In this document: one piece after another, positions 1 through 8,828 of the stretch
Position numbering within the stretch: position 1 is the first letter of the stretch
How the letters are laid out: each line of letters starts with the position of its first letter
Program-made: the position numbers and the translations under genes
The notes under the pieces: model-generated
Told to the model about the DNA's origin: nothing
Databases searched by the model: none
What the model saw: the letters and a program-made list of their open reading frames with translations, nothing else
Source: an uncultured Desulfobacterales bacterium
Lineage (GTDB): Bacteria; Desulfobacterota; Desulfobacteria; Desulfobacterales; Desulfobacteraceae
Assembly (NCBI GenBank): GCA_964539635.1
Contig: CAZIJN010000005.1
Location: forward strand, 78,765-142,764
Direction of reading: 5' to 3'
Length of the DNA: 64,000 nucleotides

Positions 1-1
1 T

Positions 2-244
2 GATGTGGTAGTGCTTGATATCAAAATGCCGGGGATTGATGGAATTGAGACTCTTAAACGGATCAAAGCCAAAAAACCGGAAGTGGAAGTTATTATGCTT
101 ACAGGTCATGTTTCAGTGGAGTTTGGCATCACAGGAATGCAGCTTGGAGCTTTTGATTATGTTATGAAACCTGCCCCTATGCCGGAGCTTTTAGACAAGA
201 TAAGGCAGGCATACGATAAAAAGCTCGAAACTGCGGACTCCTAA
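2..244 (+). CDS. Response regulator receiver domain, 5'-truncated by window edge
   Basis: VVVLDIKMPG (phospho-Asp), IMLTGH and DYVMKP receiver motifs; frame is open to the window start. Confidence 0.9.
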   Translation, partial: DVVVLDIKMPGIDGIETLKRIKAKKPEVEVIMLTGHVSVEFGITGMQLGAFDYVMKPAPMPELLDKIRQAYDKKLETADS

Positions 245-303
245 GCAAACCAAATTATAAGGGTGCCGAGGTACATAACACCGATAAAAAATAGGAGATA
301 TTT

Positions 304-435
304 ATGAAAAAAATTATAATAACAGTTGCAGCGGTTTTTTTGTTTTGTGTTTCCATTCAAGGCTGCAATACAGTTAAGGGAGTTGGTAAAGATATCCAAA
401 AAACCGGAGAAGTCATTCAAAAAAGCGTAAATTAG
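304..435 (+). CDS. Entericidin EcnA/B family small lipoprotein (43 aa; not in ORF track)
   Basis: Hand translation MKKIIITVAAVFLFCVSIQGCNTVKGVGKDIQKTGEVIQKSVN; lipobox-like IQGC followed by CNTVKGVGKDIQ entericidin signature; AGGAGA RBS upstream; stop overlaps ampG stop at 432-435. Confidence 0.88.
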   Translation: MKKIIITVAAVFLFCVSIQGCNTVKGVGKDIQKTGEVIQKSVN

Positions 436-1652
436 CTAAAGCCTTTTTTAGATAGATAAAAAGGAAATATTATCCCGGGAATGGCGATCAGGGTGCAGAC
501 AATGAAAAATCCTGTCCACCCTGTATGTTCTGCTATAAAACCTGTTGGTGCAGATGCAATTACACGGGGAATACCCATAAGGCTTGACAAAAGTGCGTAC
601 TGTGTTGCTGTAAACCTTCGGTTTGTCATTGAAGCCATAAACGCAACATAGGCTGCTGTCCCCATTCCGCTTGATATATTTTCAAATGCTATAACACCTG
701 AAAGAAGAGAGATGCTGTGACCTACCACAGCAAGCCATGCAAAACATGCAGTTGATAGTGCCTGCAAGATACCAAACAGCCATAGACTGCTATTAATACC
801 AAGTTTGAGCATCATCACTCCGCCTGCAAAAGTTCCAGCTAAAGTTGCCCAAAATCCAAATATCTTTACCACAGCACCAATCTCTGTTTTTGTAAATCCA
901 ATATCAAGATAAAAAGGTGTTGTCATTGCAGATGCCATTGTATCTCCTATCTTGTAAAAAAGAATAAATAGAAGAATGAATAGAGCACCATCTCTTTCAA
1001 AATACTCTTTTAATGGCTCAACTACTGCCTCTGCAATTGTAGCAGGCTGTCCTTCAACTGAAACAGGTTCAGGGGTTAGAACCACAGCAGCCACACATGG
1101 TATAAGTGATGCCGCCATAATAAGATAGACCATTGAGAATGGGATTTTGTCAGCAAGAATAAGACCTCCTCCAGAGGAGAGAAGCATACCAGCACGATAT
1201 CCGTAAATATACATTGAAGAGCCAAGCCCAAGCTCTTCATCTTTTAAATCTTCACGGCGGTAGGCATCTACAACAATATCTTGTGATGCACTAAAAAATG
1301 TCACTAAAAATGCTGCAAACGCAACTGTCCATGGTGCTTTTGAGGGATTTGTAAATCCAAGAAGGGCGATAGAGACGATCAGAAGTATCTGCGATGCAGC
1401 GAGCCACCCTTTTCGTCTGCCAAGAAATGGAAGTGTAAAGCGGTCAAAAATAGGTGCCCAGAGAAATTTTAAGGTGTAAGGAAGACCAACAAGGGAAAAT
1501 AAACCTATTGTTGCGAGATCAATTCCCTCCTGCTTCATCCACGCTTGCAGTACAGAAATAGTAAGAAGCAGAGGAACTCCGCACGAAAATCCCATAATAA
1601 GTGCAACCAGCATTTTTCTGTTAAAGATGCTGCGCAAAATCCCATATGTCAT
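432..1652 (-). CDS. ampG: AmpG-family muropeptide MFS permease
   Basis: GFSCGVPLLL, LPYTLKFLWAP, SASQDIVVDAYR, ATQYALLSSL motifs; multi-TM. Confidence 0.9.
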   Translation of the reverse strand: MTYGILRSIFNRKMLVALIMGFSCGVPLLLTISVLQAWMKQEGIDLATIGLFSLVGLPYTLKFLWAPIFDRFTLPFLGRRKGWLAASQILLIVSIALLGFTNPSKAPWTVAFAAFLVTFFSASQDIVVDAYRREDLKDEELGLGSSMYIYGYRAGMLLSSGGGLILADKIPFSMVYLIMAASLIPCVAAVVLTPEPVSVEGQPATIAEAVVEPLKEYFERDGALFILLFILFYKIGDTMASAMTTPFYLDIGFTKTEIGAVVKIFGFWATLAGTFAGGVMMLKLGINSSLWLFGILQALSTACFAWLAVVGHSISLLSGVIAFENISSGMGTAAYVAFMASMTNRRFTATQYALLSSLMGIPRVIASAPTGFIAEHTGWTGFFIVCTLIAIPGIIFPFYLSKKGFS

Positions 1653-1803
1653 AATATCAATATTTCCACCAAATTGTATGTTCGTAACTACTTTGTTTGC
1701 TTAACACTTGCCCAAATATTCAAACTATTGTATTCAAATATTAAAATAACAGATATTTGATTAAATTAAAATAAACAATAACTTGTGAAATAGTGGAATT
1801 GAA

Positions 1804-2436
1804 ATGAAAGTAATAAGTTTGGCAAACCAGAAAGGCGGGTGTGGAAAAAGTACGATAGCTATTAACCTTGCTCTTAACTGGGCTTTACAAAAAAAACGTG
1901 TTATTCTGTTTGACACTGATCCTCAAAAAAGCAGCTATGAGACCCTTCAGGTAGGTGAGGATAAGCTGTGCAAGGTTGTTGCAGTCTATTCAGATATATA
2001 TCAGGCTCTTGAGAAGTATGACTCTTACTACGATTACGCAATTATTGATACTCCCCCCCACGATAATGAGATTGTTACAGTATCTGTTGTCTGCTCTGAT
2101 CTTGTTATTATTCCTGTTCAAGACTCTCCGCTTGATATCAGAAGCACTAAGGTTACTGTTGATCTTATCCGTAAAGCAAAAACGCTTAATCCTGATCTTA
2201 AGTGCTATTTCTTATTGAGTCGTATCCAGCCTCAGACTGTACTTGCAAAAGAGTTAGCTGAAATTCTTACAAACAGGTATGAGATGGATATACTAACAAC
2301 CCAGATTTCAAACAGGGTGGCTTATAAATATTCTCTTATATATGGTAAGGGGGTAACTGAAATGTTTAATAATGATGCTGCAAGCACTGAGATTAATAAC
2401 TTATCAAACGAGATAATTAAAATACTTGGTCAATAA
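1804..2436 (+). CDS. ParA/MinD-family ATPase, short plasmid-like type
   Basis: Deviant Walker A NQKGGCGKST, DTDPQ, IIDTPP; 210 aa, no N-terminal HTH. Confidence 0.88.
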   Translation: MKVISLANQKGGCGKSTIAINLALNWALQKKRVILFDTDPQKSSYETLQVGEDKLCKVVAVYSDIYQALEKYDSYYDYAIIDTPPHDNEIVTVSVVCSDLVIIPVQDSPLDIRSTKVTVDLIRKAKTLNPDLKCYFLLSRIQPQTVLAKELAEILTNRYEMDILTTQISNRVAYKYSLIYGKGVTEMFNNDAASTEINNLSNEIIKILGQ

Positions 2437-2466
2437 AGTACTCAGTATAAAAAAGGAAATTTTAAT

Positions 2467-3039
2467 ATGAAAAAGAAGCCTTCATTGCTTGATATAGAGC
2501 TTTTTGTCCAGAAAAGAGCTGATGAGAAAAAAAGAGAGTTGTCACAGATAGAAGCTGATTCTGCTGCTTCAAAACTGCCTTCTTCTAATATAGAACAAGA
2601 TGGTAAAATTACAGATAATCAGATTCAAACCCCTTTGGTTATTGAGGAGATGTTTACAAGTATTATTGGTGTTACAGATACCCAGCGAGATGATATCAAT
2701 AAACTTAAACAAGATATATTTAAGCTAAAAGAGGAGTTGAGAGTATATCACTCATTTTTAAGCAGCCAGCAGAAAAAGATTGCAGAGCTTGAAAAGAGCC
2801 TGGCAGAAAAGAGCATCTCTTCTGACGACCAGAAGGTTAATATGGGAATTATAGATGCAAATTACTCAAAACTTCTGCTGAAAAATATCATCTGGCTCAA
2901 AGAGGAGAAAGATTTCTCATCAAATGATGTAGCAAGGCTTTTCAGGGCAGAGGCTTTTCAGACTCCTTATCCGCACACAAGCTGGAATGAAAAGGTTATC
3001 AATATTCTTTACAATGAGGCGAAGAAGAGTTTTCTTTGA
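2467..3039 (+). CDS. Hypothetical coiled-coil protein with C-terminal recombinase-like HTH; probable ParA partner
   Basis: 30 bp after parA with GGA-containing RBS; heptad region ~aa 75-115; C-terminal SSNDVARLF...FQTPY...SWNEKVINIL pattern. Confidence 0.6.
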   Translation: MKKKPSLLDIELFVQKRADEKKRELSQIEADSAASKLPSSNIEQDGKITDNQIQTPLVIEEMFTSIIGVTDTQRDDINKLKQDIFKLKEELRVYHSFLSSQQKKIAELEKSLAEKSISSDDQKVNMGIIDANYSKLLLKNIIWLKEEKDFSSNDVARLFRAEAFQTPYPHTSWNEKVINILYNEAKKSFL

Positions 3040-5386
3040 TACAAGGAAGAGTTAATATAACCGAAGTCCCTGTATGTCTGCCTGATTGAGACAAAGCTCT
3101 ATTTTTACTATATTGTGGTTTGCTGTAGTCGTTATCAATAATGCTGTTGTTGGATTTAATCGAAAAAGAGGCACCAACCAACTTTGCCCTGTAGTTCATG
3201 ATTCGTATTCCCATTCCCTTAGTCTCAATCTTTCTGTCCATGCCGATTCCATTATCAGAGACAGAAAGATTGAGATTTTCATCTTCAGTATTGAGCGAGA
3301 CAACTATCTTATCTGCTTTTCCATGTCTTATCGCATTTTGGATTGCTTCTCCAACTATATGGTAGAGATTTATAACCATCATAGGATTTCGTATATCAAC
3401 TGTATTGGGGCATTCAAGAGAGCACTTAACCTGATATAAAAGTTCTATGTTGTTCACCAGCTCGCGTAATGATGACTCAAGACCGTAATCAAAATAGGCA
3501 GGACAAAGCCCTCTTGCCAAACGTCTTGTTTTTGAGATCGCCTCTTTTATAAGCTCTGTAATTTTATCGGATAGATTACAAGCATCGTAAGAGTAGTGCT
3601 GAACCTTTCGTTTTAATACTTTAGTCAACCCCTCGATTCCAATCAGATGAGGACATAGATCGTCATGCAGATCATTTCCTATCTTCTGCCTCTCCCGCTC
3701 TCCAGTCTCCATTATGCTCTTTTCAAGAAATTTCACCTCAGATATATCACGATGCGTTACAACGCTGCCTAAAGGCTGTCCATATTTATCTCTATAAACA
3801 GACCCTCTGATACTTACATCAATAAATCTGCCTGACTTTGATCTTCTTTTTGTCTCTGTTATTGAGACAGGCTCTCCTTTTAAGATCATCTTAATCGCAT
3901 TCATTGTCTCTTGCCAATCCTCTGCAGGAACAAAGTTATCTATTGTGCGACCAACGCTCTCTTCCAATGTGTAACCAAAAACTCGTGTAAAAGCAGGATT
4001 AAGATAGCTCACCTCTCCGTTCATATTGTAAACAATAATCGGATCAGGAGTTGCCTCCATTACAGAGCGGTACTTCTCCTCACTAAGCTCAAGAGCCTCT
4101 TGTGCAAGTTTTCTCTCTGCTATTTCTGCTTGAAGGGTTTTGTTGTAGCGTTCAAGTTTTTCCATAAATGAGTTGTAGTAAAAGGCAAGCTGTCCTACCT
4201 CGTCATCTGAATCTAAAGTCACAAGCCTATCGGAAAAACCATCGTTAATCTCTTGATTAAAGCGGCTCATTAACTCTCGCAGAGGTTTTGTAATTGTGGA
4301 GCTTAAAAGAAATGTGATTGGAATAAAAATGATAAGAGATGCAAATCCCATAACAAGTATTATATTTTTAATAATATTAAGCGGGGAGTAGAACTCATCA
4401 AGATAGCTTGCAGATGCAACTATCCACTCATATTCAGGAATAGCGTTAAATATCACAAGTTTTTTTCTTAAATGTTTATCGTTTGGATTTTTCCACTCAT
4501 AGATAAGTTTGCCGTTTTTCTGTTTGAGCATCTGCTGATAAAAACTTGAAGAGAATCTTTTATCTTTAAATACATTTATCCCCTCAAGTTCAGGGTGGAT
4601 AATAACATTTCCTTTCATATCCATAACATACGAGTAACCAGTCTTTCCAAATCTCTGGCTTAAGATACTCTCTTTAAAGTCGCTGATATTTACAAGCTGT
4701 TCAAACTCTTTTCTGTATGACGATACTGTTATCAGCCAGTCCCATGGCTCAAAATAGTTGATATATAGTGCTTTTGGCAGAGGAGAAGCATCTTCTGGGT
4801 TTTGCCAAAAGTATTCAATATATCCTGTTTTAATGGTGATCATCTGTTGTACAAACTGATGATCAGATATATCAAGTCCTTCTGATAATCTTGGGTGTTT
4901 GAGCACTTTGCCTTTTCCGTCAAGTATGCACAGATATCCTGTAGTTCCGACTTTCTGGCACAAAATAATTTCAGCAGACAGAGATTTTGCCTCCTCAAGA
5001 GTAATTTCTCCCCTTTGTTGTCGATTGTACAGATGCTGGATAATTTCGTAATTTTTTTCTGCAGTTGCCCTGATATGGTTTTTTATTGATACAGATACTG
5101 CTGTCTTTACGTTGTTTAGTATAGCTGTTGTGGAGTTTTTTAGCTCGCTCTCAATATTGTTTTCAACTGTGGATTTTACAATGTAGTAGAGTATAAAACT
5201 TGCAATACCCATTATTACAATAAAAGTCGCGGAGTATATAAAGAGAAGTTTGTAACGTATTCTAAAGTTTTTAACAAAGCTAAGAGGATTTATCTTATAT
5301 ATTGTTTTTATGGAGTCTATTCCAATTTTTACTAATCTATCTTTTAAACTATGCTCTTGTACATTTTTATAGCTTTTTCCATACAT
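2999..5386 (-). CDS. Sensor histidine kinase (Cache-HAMP-PAS-HisKA_3-HATPase); true start may be further downstream
   Basis: Two TM segments, YFEPWDW Cache motif, DEVGQLA HAMP, PAS, ERERQKIGNDLHDDL H-box, EAIQNAIRHG, DNGIG. Confidence 0.88.
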   Translation of the reverse strand: MYGKSYKNVQEHSLKDRLVKIGIDSIKTIYKINPLSFVKNFRIRYKLLFIYSATFIVIMGIASFILYYIVKSTVENNIESELKNSTTAILNNVKTAVSVSIKNHIRATAEKNYEIIQHLYNRQQRGEITLEEAKSLSAEIILCQKVGTTGYLCILDGKGKVLKHPRLSEGLDISDHQFVQQMITIKTGYIEYFWQNPEDASPLPKALYINYFEPWDWLITVSSYRKEFEQLVNISDFKESILSQRFGKTGYSYVMDMKGNVIIHPELEGINVFKDKRFSSSFYQQMLKQKNGKLIYEWKNPNDKHLRKKLVIFNAIPEYEWIVASASYLDEFYSPLNIIKNIILVMGFASLIIFIPITFLLSSTITKPLRELMSRFNQEINDGFSDRLVTLDSDDEVGQLAFYYNSFMEKLERYNKTLQAEIAERKLAQEALELSEEKYRSVMEATPDPIIVYNMNGEVSYLNPAFTRVFGYTLEESVGRTIDNFVPAEDWQETMNAIKMILKGEPVSITETKRRSKSGRFIDVSIRGSVYRDKYGQPLGSVVTHRDISEVKFLEKSIMETGERERQKIGNDLHDDLCPHLIGIEGLTKVLKRKVQHYSYDACNLSDKITELIKEAISKTRRLARGLCPAYFDYGLESSLRELVNNIELLYQVKCSLECPNTVDIRNPMMVINLYHIVGEAIQNAIRHGKADKIVVSLNTEDENLNLSVSDNGIGMDRKIETKGMGIRIMNYRAKLVGASFSIKSNNSIIDNDYSKPQYSKNRALSQSGRHTGTSVILTLPCIKENSSSPHCKEY

Positions 5387-6128
5387 TCTTCACCTGCTTT
5401 AATGTATTTTCAAGATCGCCGGAATTATCAATTACAAAGTCAGCATATTGTATCTTATCATCAATTGGAAGTTGAGATTTGATCATAGAAGCTGCTCTAT
5501 CTTCATCAATATTTTCTCTCTGCATCAGCCGTTTTAGCTGATTTTCAGAAGAGAGATAGATAATAACTATCTTATCAAACAGGTTTTGAAGGTTCATCTC
5601 AATCATAAGCGGAATCACAGCAATGATAACTCTTTTTCCACTATTTGAATCGTCTGGACTCTTTGAATTGTCTGAACTATCTGAACCATCAAACTCTCTC
5701 TTATTTGTCTTATAATAGTTCACCTTGTCGCAAAAGAGCTTAAATATTGCAGGGTGAGTCAATTTTTCAAGCACCCTTCTCTTCTGTTTATCTTTAAAGA
5801 CAATCTTTGAAAGAGCGTTTCTATCCAAATATCCGTTTTTATCAAGAATGCCGGGACCAAAGTGGGATACTATATTGTTAAAAGATTTGGTTCCCGGTTC
5901 AACAGCCTCTCTTGCCAAAATATCAAAATCGATAATTTGTGCACCACACTGTCTGAACATCTCTGCTACAGTTGTTTTACCGCCAGCAATACCTCCTGTA
6001 AGACCGATAAGCTCTTGCTGTCCGTTTTTAATCATATCAAGATTTATATGAAAGTCTCTTAACTGACCTTCATTTTTGGCTGTGTGATTTATCGCATGGT
6101 CGTTATATCCAACCTCTTTTTTATCCAT
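5367..6128 (-). CDS. coaE: Dephospho-CoA kinase with N-terminal and internal insertions
   Basis: IGLTGGIAGGKTT, LEKLTHP, SQLPIDDKIQYADFVIDNSG. Confidence 0.92.
   Translation of the reverse strand: MDKKEVGYNDHAINHTAKNEGQLRDFHINLDMIKNGQQELIGLTGGIAGGKTTVAEMFRQCGAQIIDFDILAREAVEPGTKSFNNIVSHFGPGILDKNGYLDRNALSKIVFKDKQKRRVLEKLTHPAIFKLFCDKVNYYKTNKREFDGSDSSDNSKSPDDSNSGKRVIIAVIPLMIEMNLQNLFDKIVIIYLSSENQLKRLMQRENIDEDRAASMIKSQLPIDDKIQYADFVIDNSGDLENTLKQVKNVWKKL
6043..6108 (-). repeat. Intragenic ~60-bp module, copy in coaE
   Basis: 6043-6067 is the exact reverse complement of 11923-11947 (gtcagttaagagactttcatataaa); the adjacent aacgaccatg...aatcacacag..aaaaatgaa segment also matches recC. Confidence 0.85.
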
Positions 6129-6367
6129 CTAAAATCTCCTATTCTTTCCGCATTAGTATGAAGAGTATCCATTGGTTATAGATAACTTGAACCATTCAAA
6201 TATAATGATATTTATCTTTATCTATCAAAGTCAAGACATGTTAAAATAAATATGATATTTTGTTAAATTATTGATACCGATCCTCAAAGTAAAAAATATC
6301 ATAATGACTTTTCTTGCTTTGAGGATTTTATATTAAAAATAGAGATAAAAAAGGTTTATCATACAAT

Positions 6368-8071
6368 ATGAAGTATTGTGAAATTTCATTAAAGATGCCG
6401 ACATATTATGATGATGCTCAGATTAGACAGGCAATATTAAAATATTTAAAAATAGATAGCAGCAGCATTAATAGTAGTTGTTGTCTTGAATTTGATAAGT
6501 CATCTGAATTAAATCAAAAGGCTGAACTACCTGAAATAACTGATAAAGAGTTCCAATTTAAGATTCTTAACAAGAGCCTTGATGCACGAAAAAAGAGCGA
6601 TATCCACTGGGTTATAAAGGTTGCAGTTACATCTGATCCTGATGAGCTACGCATAAAACCCGAGCTTGATATTGAACATCGTAAGAGATCGCAACGAGTT
6701 GTTGTTGCAGGCAGCGGTCCATCAGGTTTTTTTGCAGCGTATGTTTTGCAAAAAGCAGGCTTTAATACCACCATAATCGAGAGAGGCTCTGAAGTAAAAA
6801 AGCGTGAGGCATCTATAAAGGAGTTTGAATCTACAGGCAGGTTCGACCCTGTAACCAACTACGCTTTTGGTGAAGGGGGAGCTGGAACATTTTCTGATGG
6901 AAAACTTACATCAAGAAGCAAACATATCAGCAAAGAGAAAGAGTTTGTTCTATTAAGTTATGTTCAAGCAGGAGCACCCGAAGAGATACTCTACATGGCA
7001 CATCCGCACCTTGGCAGCGATAACTTAAAGCAGATTGTAAAAAATCTGAGAAAGTCGTTCATCAATATCGGCGGCACAATTTTGTTTGAAACCATGCTCA
7101 AAGATTTGAAGATTAAAAACAGCACGGTTTTAGGAGTATGTTTATCATCTGTAAATAGTGAGTCTTTACAGGAAATTGAAGCAGATCAAGTTATAATTGC
7201 ATCTGGTCACTCTGCCTATGAGACCTACAGAATGCTTATGTCAAAAGGCGTTCTGTTTAAAACCAAAAATTTTGCTGTCGGCTGCCGGGTTGAACACCCT
7301 CAAGAGCTTATAAATATTGCTCAGTGGGGAACAAAATCCTTAAAAGGCGTTAAAGCTGCTGAATACCGCCTCACATCAAGAGGAGATGGACAGCTTCCAG
7401 TTTATACATTCTGCATGTGCCCGGGAGGTGTTATAGTTCCATCAACAGCTTATGAAAATGCAAATATTGTTAACGGCATGAGCAGGTATCAGAGAAATGG
7501 AAATTTTGCCAATGCTGCCTGTGTTGCAGGCGTTAATCCTGACTATTTAATTGAAAAAAAAGGTGCAATATCATGCTTAGGAAAAAATAATATCTCAAAA
7601 TTAAAAGAGGAGAGAGAAGCAGAGAGGATTTTAGATTGGTTGGAGAGTCTTGAGCACGATTTTTACAAATATTCAGATGGATATGCTGCACCCTGCTGCA
7701 CTATCCAAAGTTTTATTGACAAGAAATTGACCAATAAACGCTCTGATGTCAACCGATTAGATTCAAGCTATCCCTTAGGATTAAAGATTGCACCTTTGTG
7801 GGAGCTTCTGCCGCTTGAGATAAGCAATTCAATCTGTGAGGGTTTAAAGGATTTCAGCCGGAAAATAAGAGGATTTGAGAGAGGAATAATAATGGGACTT
7901 GAGAGCAAGACCTCTTCTCCTCTCTCTGTGGTTAGGGATAAGAGCGGCTGCTGTATAGGATTTGATAATCTCTATATGACAGGCGAGGGAAGCGGACATG
8001 CAGGAGGTATTATCTCCAGTGCATCAGACGGTATAAAAGCTGCCGTTTCAATTATAAATAGATACAATTAA
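6368..8071 (+). CDS. FAD/NAD(P)-dependent oxidoreductase, uncharacterised family
   Basis: VVVAGSGPSG, FGEGGAGTFSDGKL, FCMCPGG, GEGSGHAGGIISSASDG. Confidence 0.82.
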   Translation: MKYCEISLKMPTYYDDAQIRQAILKYLKIDSSSINSSCCLEFDKSSELNQKAELPEITDKEFQFKILNKSLDARKKSDIHWVIKVAVTSDPDELRIKPELDIEHRKRSQRVVVAGSGPSGFFAAYVLQKAGFNTTIIERGSEVKKREASIKEFESTGRFDPVTNYAFGEGGAGTFSDGKLTSRSKHISKEKEFVLLSYVQAGAPEEILYMAHPHLGSDNLKQIVKNLRKSFINIGGTILFETMLKDLKIKNSTVLGVCLSSVNSESLQEIEADQVIIASGHSAYETYRMLMSKGVLFKTKNFAVGCRVEHPQELINIAQWGTKSLKGVKAAEYRLTSRGDGQLPVYTFCMCPGGVIVPSTAYENANIVNGMSRYQRNGNFANAACVAGVNPDYLIEKKGAISCLGKNNISKLKEEREAERILDWLESLEHDFYKYSDGYAAPCCTIQSFIDKKLTNKRSDVNRLDSSYPLGLKIAPLWELLPLEISNSICEGLKDFSRKIRGFERGIIMGLESKTSSPLSVVRDKSGCCIGFDNLYMTGEGSGHAGGIISSASDGIKAAVSIINRYN

Positions 8072-8076
8072 GATGG

Positions 8077-8775
8077 ATGGACACCCTGAAAAACGAAATT
8101 AACAAGATAAACAATCAGAAACAACAGAGATTGTATAAAACAACAGAAGGTAAAATTCTCTGGATAGGTATTTTTCTCACTTTGCTGCTTATAGGTATAA
8201 TTGTTTATTATCTAATTACAGAGCCTTCAAAAGCCAAGATAATTACCCTTGTCTTTTTTGCCCACACCTTTGGAGGCAGGGCTGCCGGCGTTGGTTTGTG
8301 CATTATGGAGAAGCTCGATTTTTTTACTACACTAATTTACAATTTTTTTATTGAAATTCAATTACTTGCCCTTACCTACTCTATTTTTGTCCTTGCAATC
8401 ACAAATTATATAAAAATTCCATGGGTTCTTCGTATTGCAAATGATATGAGAGATAACGCTGACAAACATAAGGATAAAATTGCTAAATACGGCTGGATAG
8501 GTATATTTTTGTTTGTGCTTGCTCCATTTCCGGGAAGCGGTCCTGTAGGGGGTTCTATACTTGGATATCTCCTTAAAATGAGGCTCTCACACAACTTCAG
8601 TGCAGTATTATCAGGCACATTTTTGGCAATTTTGCTATGGGTTCTATGTTTTGATTTTCTCAAGGAGTATCTTTATATAATTCAGTATATTATAGCTGCG
8701 ATCATCATTTTTGTTCTATTTTCGCATTTTAACACCATAAAAAACTGGTTTACCAATAAAAATTCAAAATATTAA
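8077..8775 (+). CDS. Small multi-drug export-type membrane protein
   Basis: KYGWIGIFLFVLAPFPGSGPVGGSILG motif; several TM helices. Confidence 0.7.
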   Translation: MDTLKNEINKINNQKQQRLYKTTEGKILWIGIFLTLLLIGIIVYYLITEPSKAKIITLVFFAHTFGGRAAGVGLCIMEKLDFFTTLIYNFFIEIQLLALTYSIFVLAITNYIKIPWVLRIANDMRDNADKHKDKIAKYGWIGIFLFVLAPFPGSGPVGGSILGYLLKMRLSHNFSAVLSGTFLAILLWVLCFDFLKEYLYIIQYIIAAIIIFVLFSHFNTIKNWFTNKNSKY

Positions 8776-8828
8776 AAATAGAAAAAAGAGGTTATCAAAT
8801 CTTTAAATATCTTAAGTTGGGGAAGATA

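Noticed and set aside
6280-6326. Imperfect inverted repeat atcctcaaag..ctttgaggat in the coaE divergent promoter region
   Set aside because: Single instance; cannot tell an operator from chance in AT-rich DNA.
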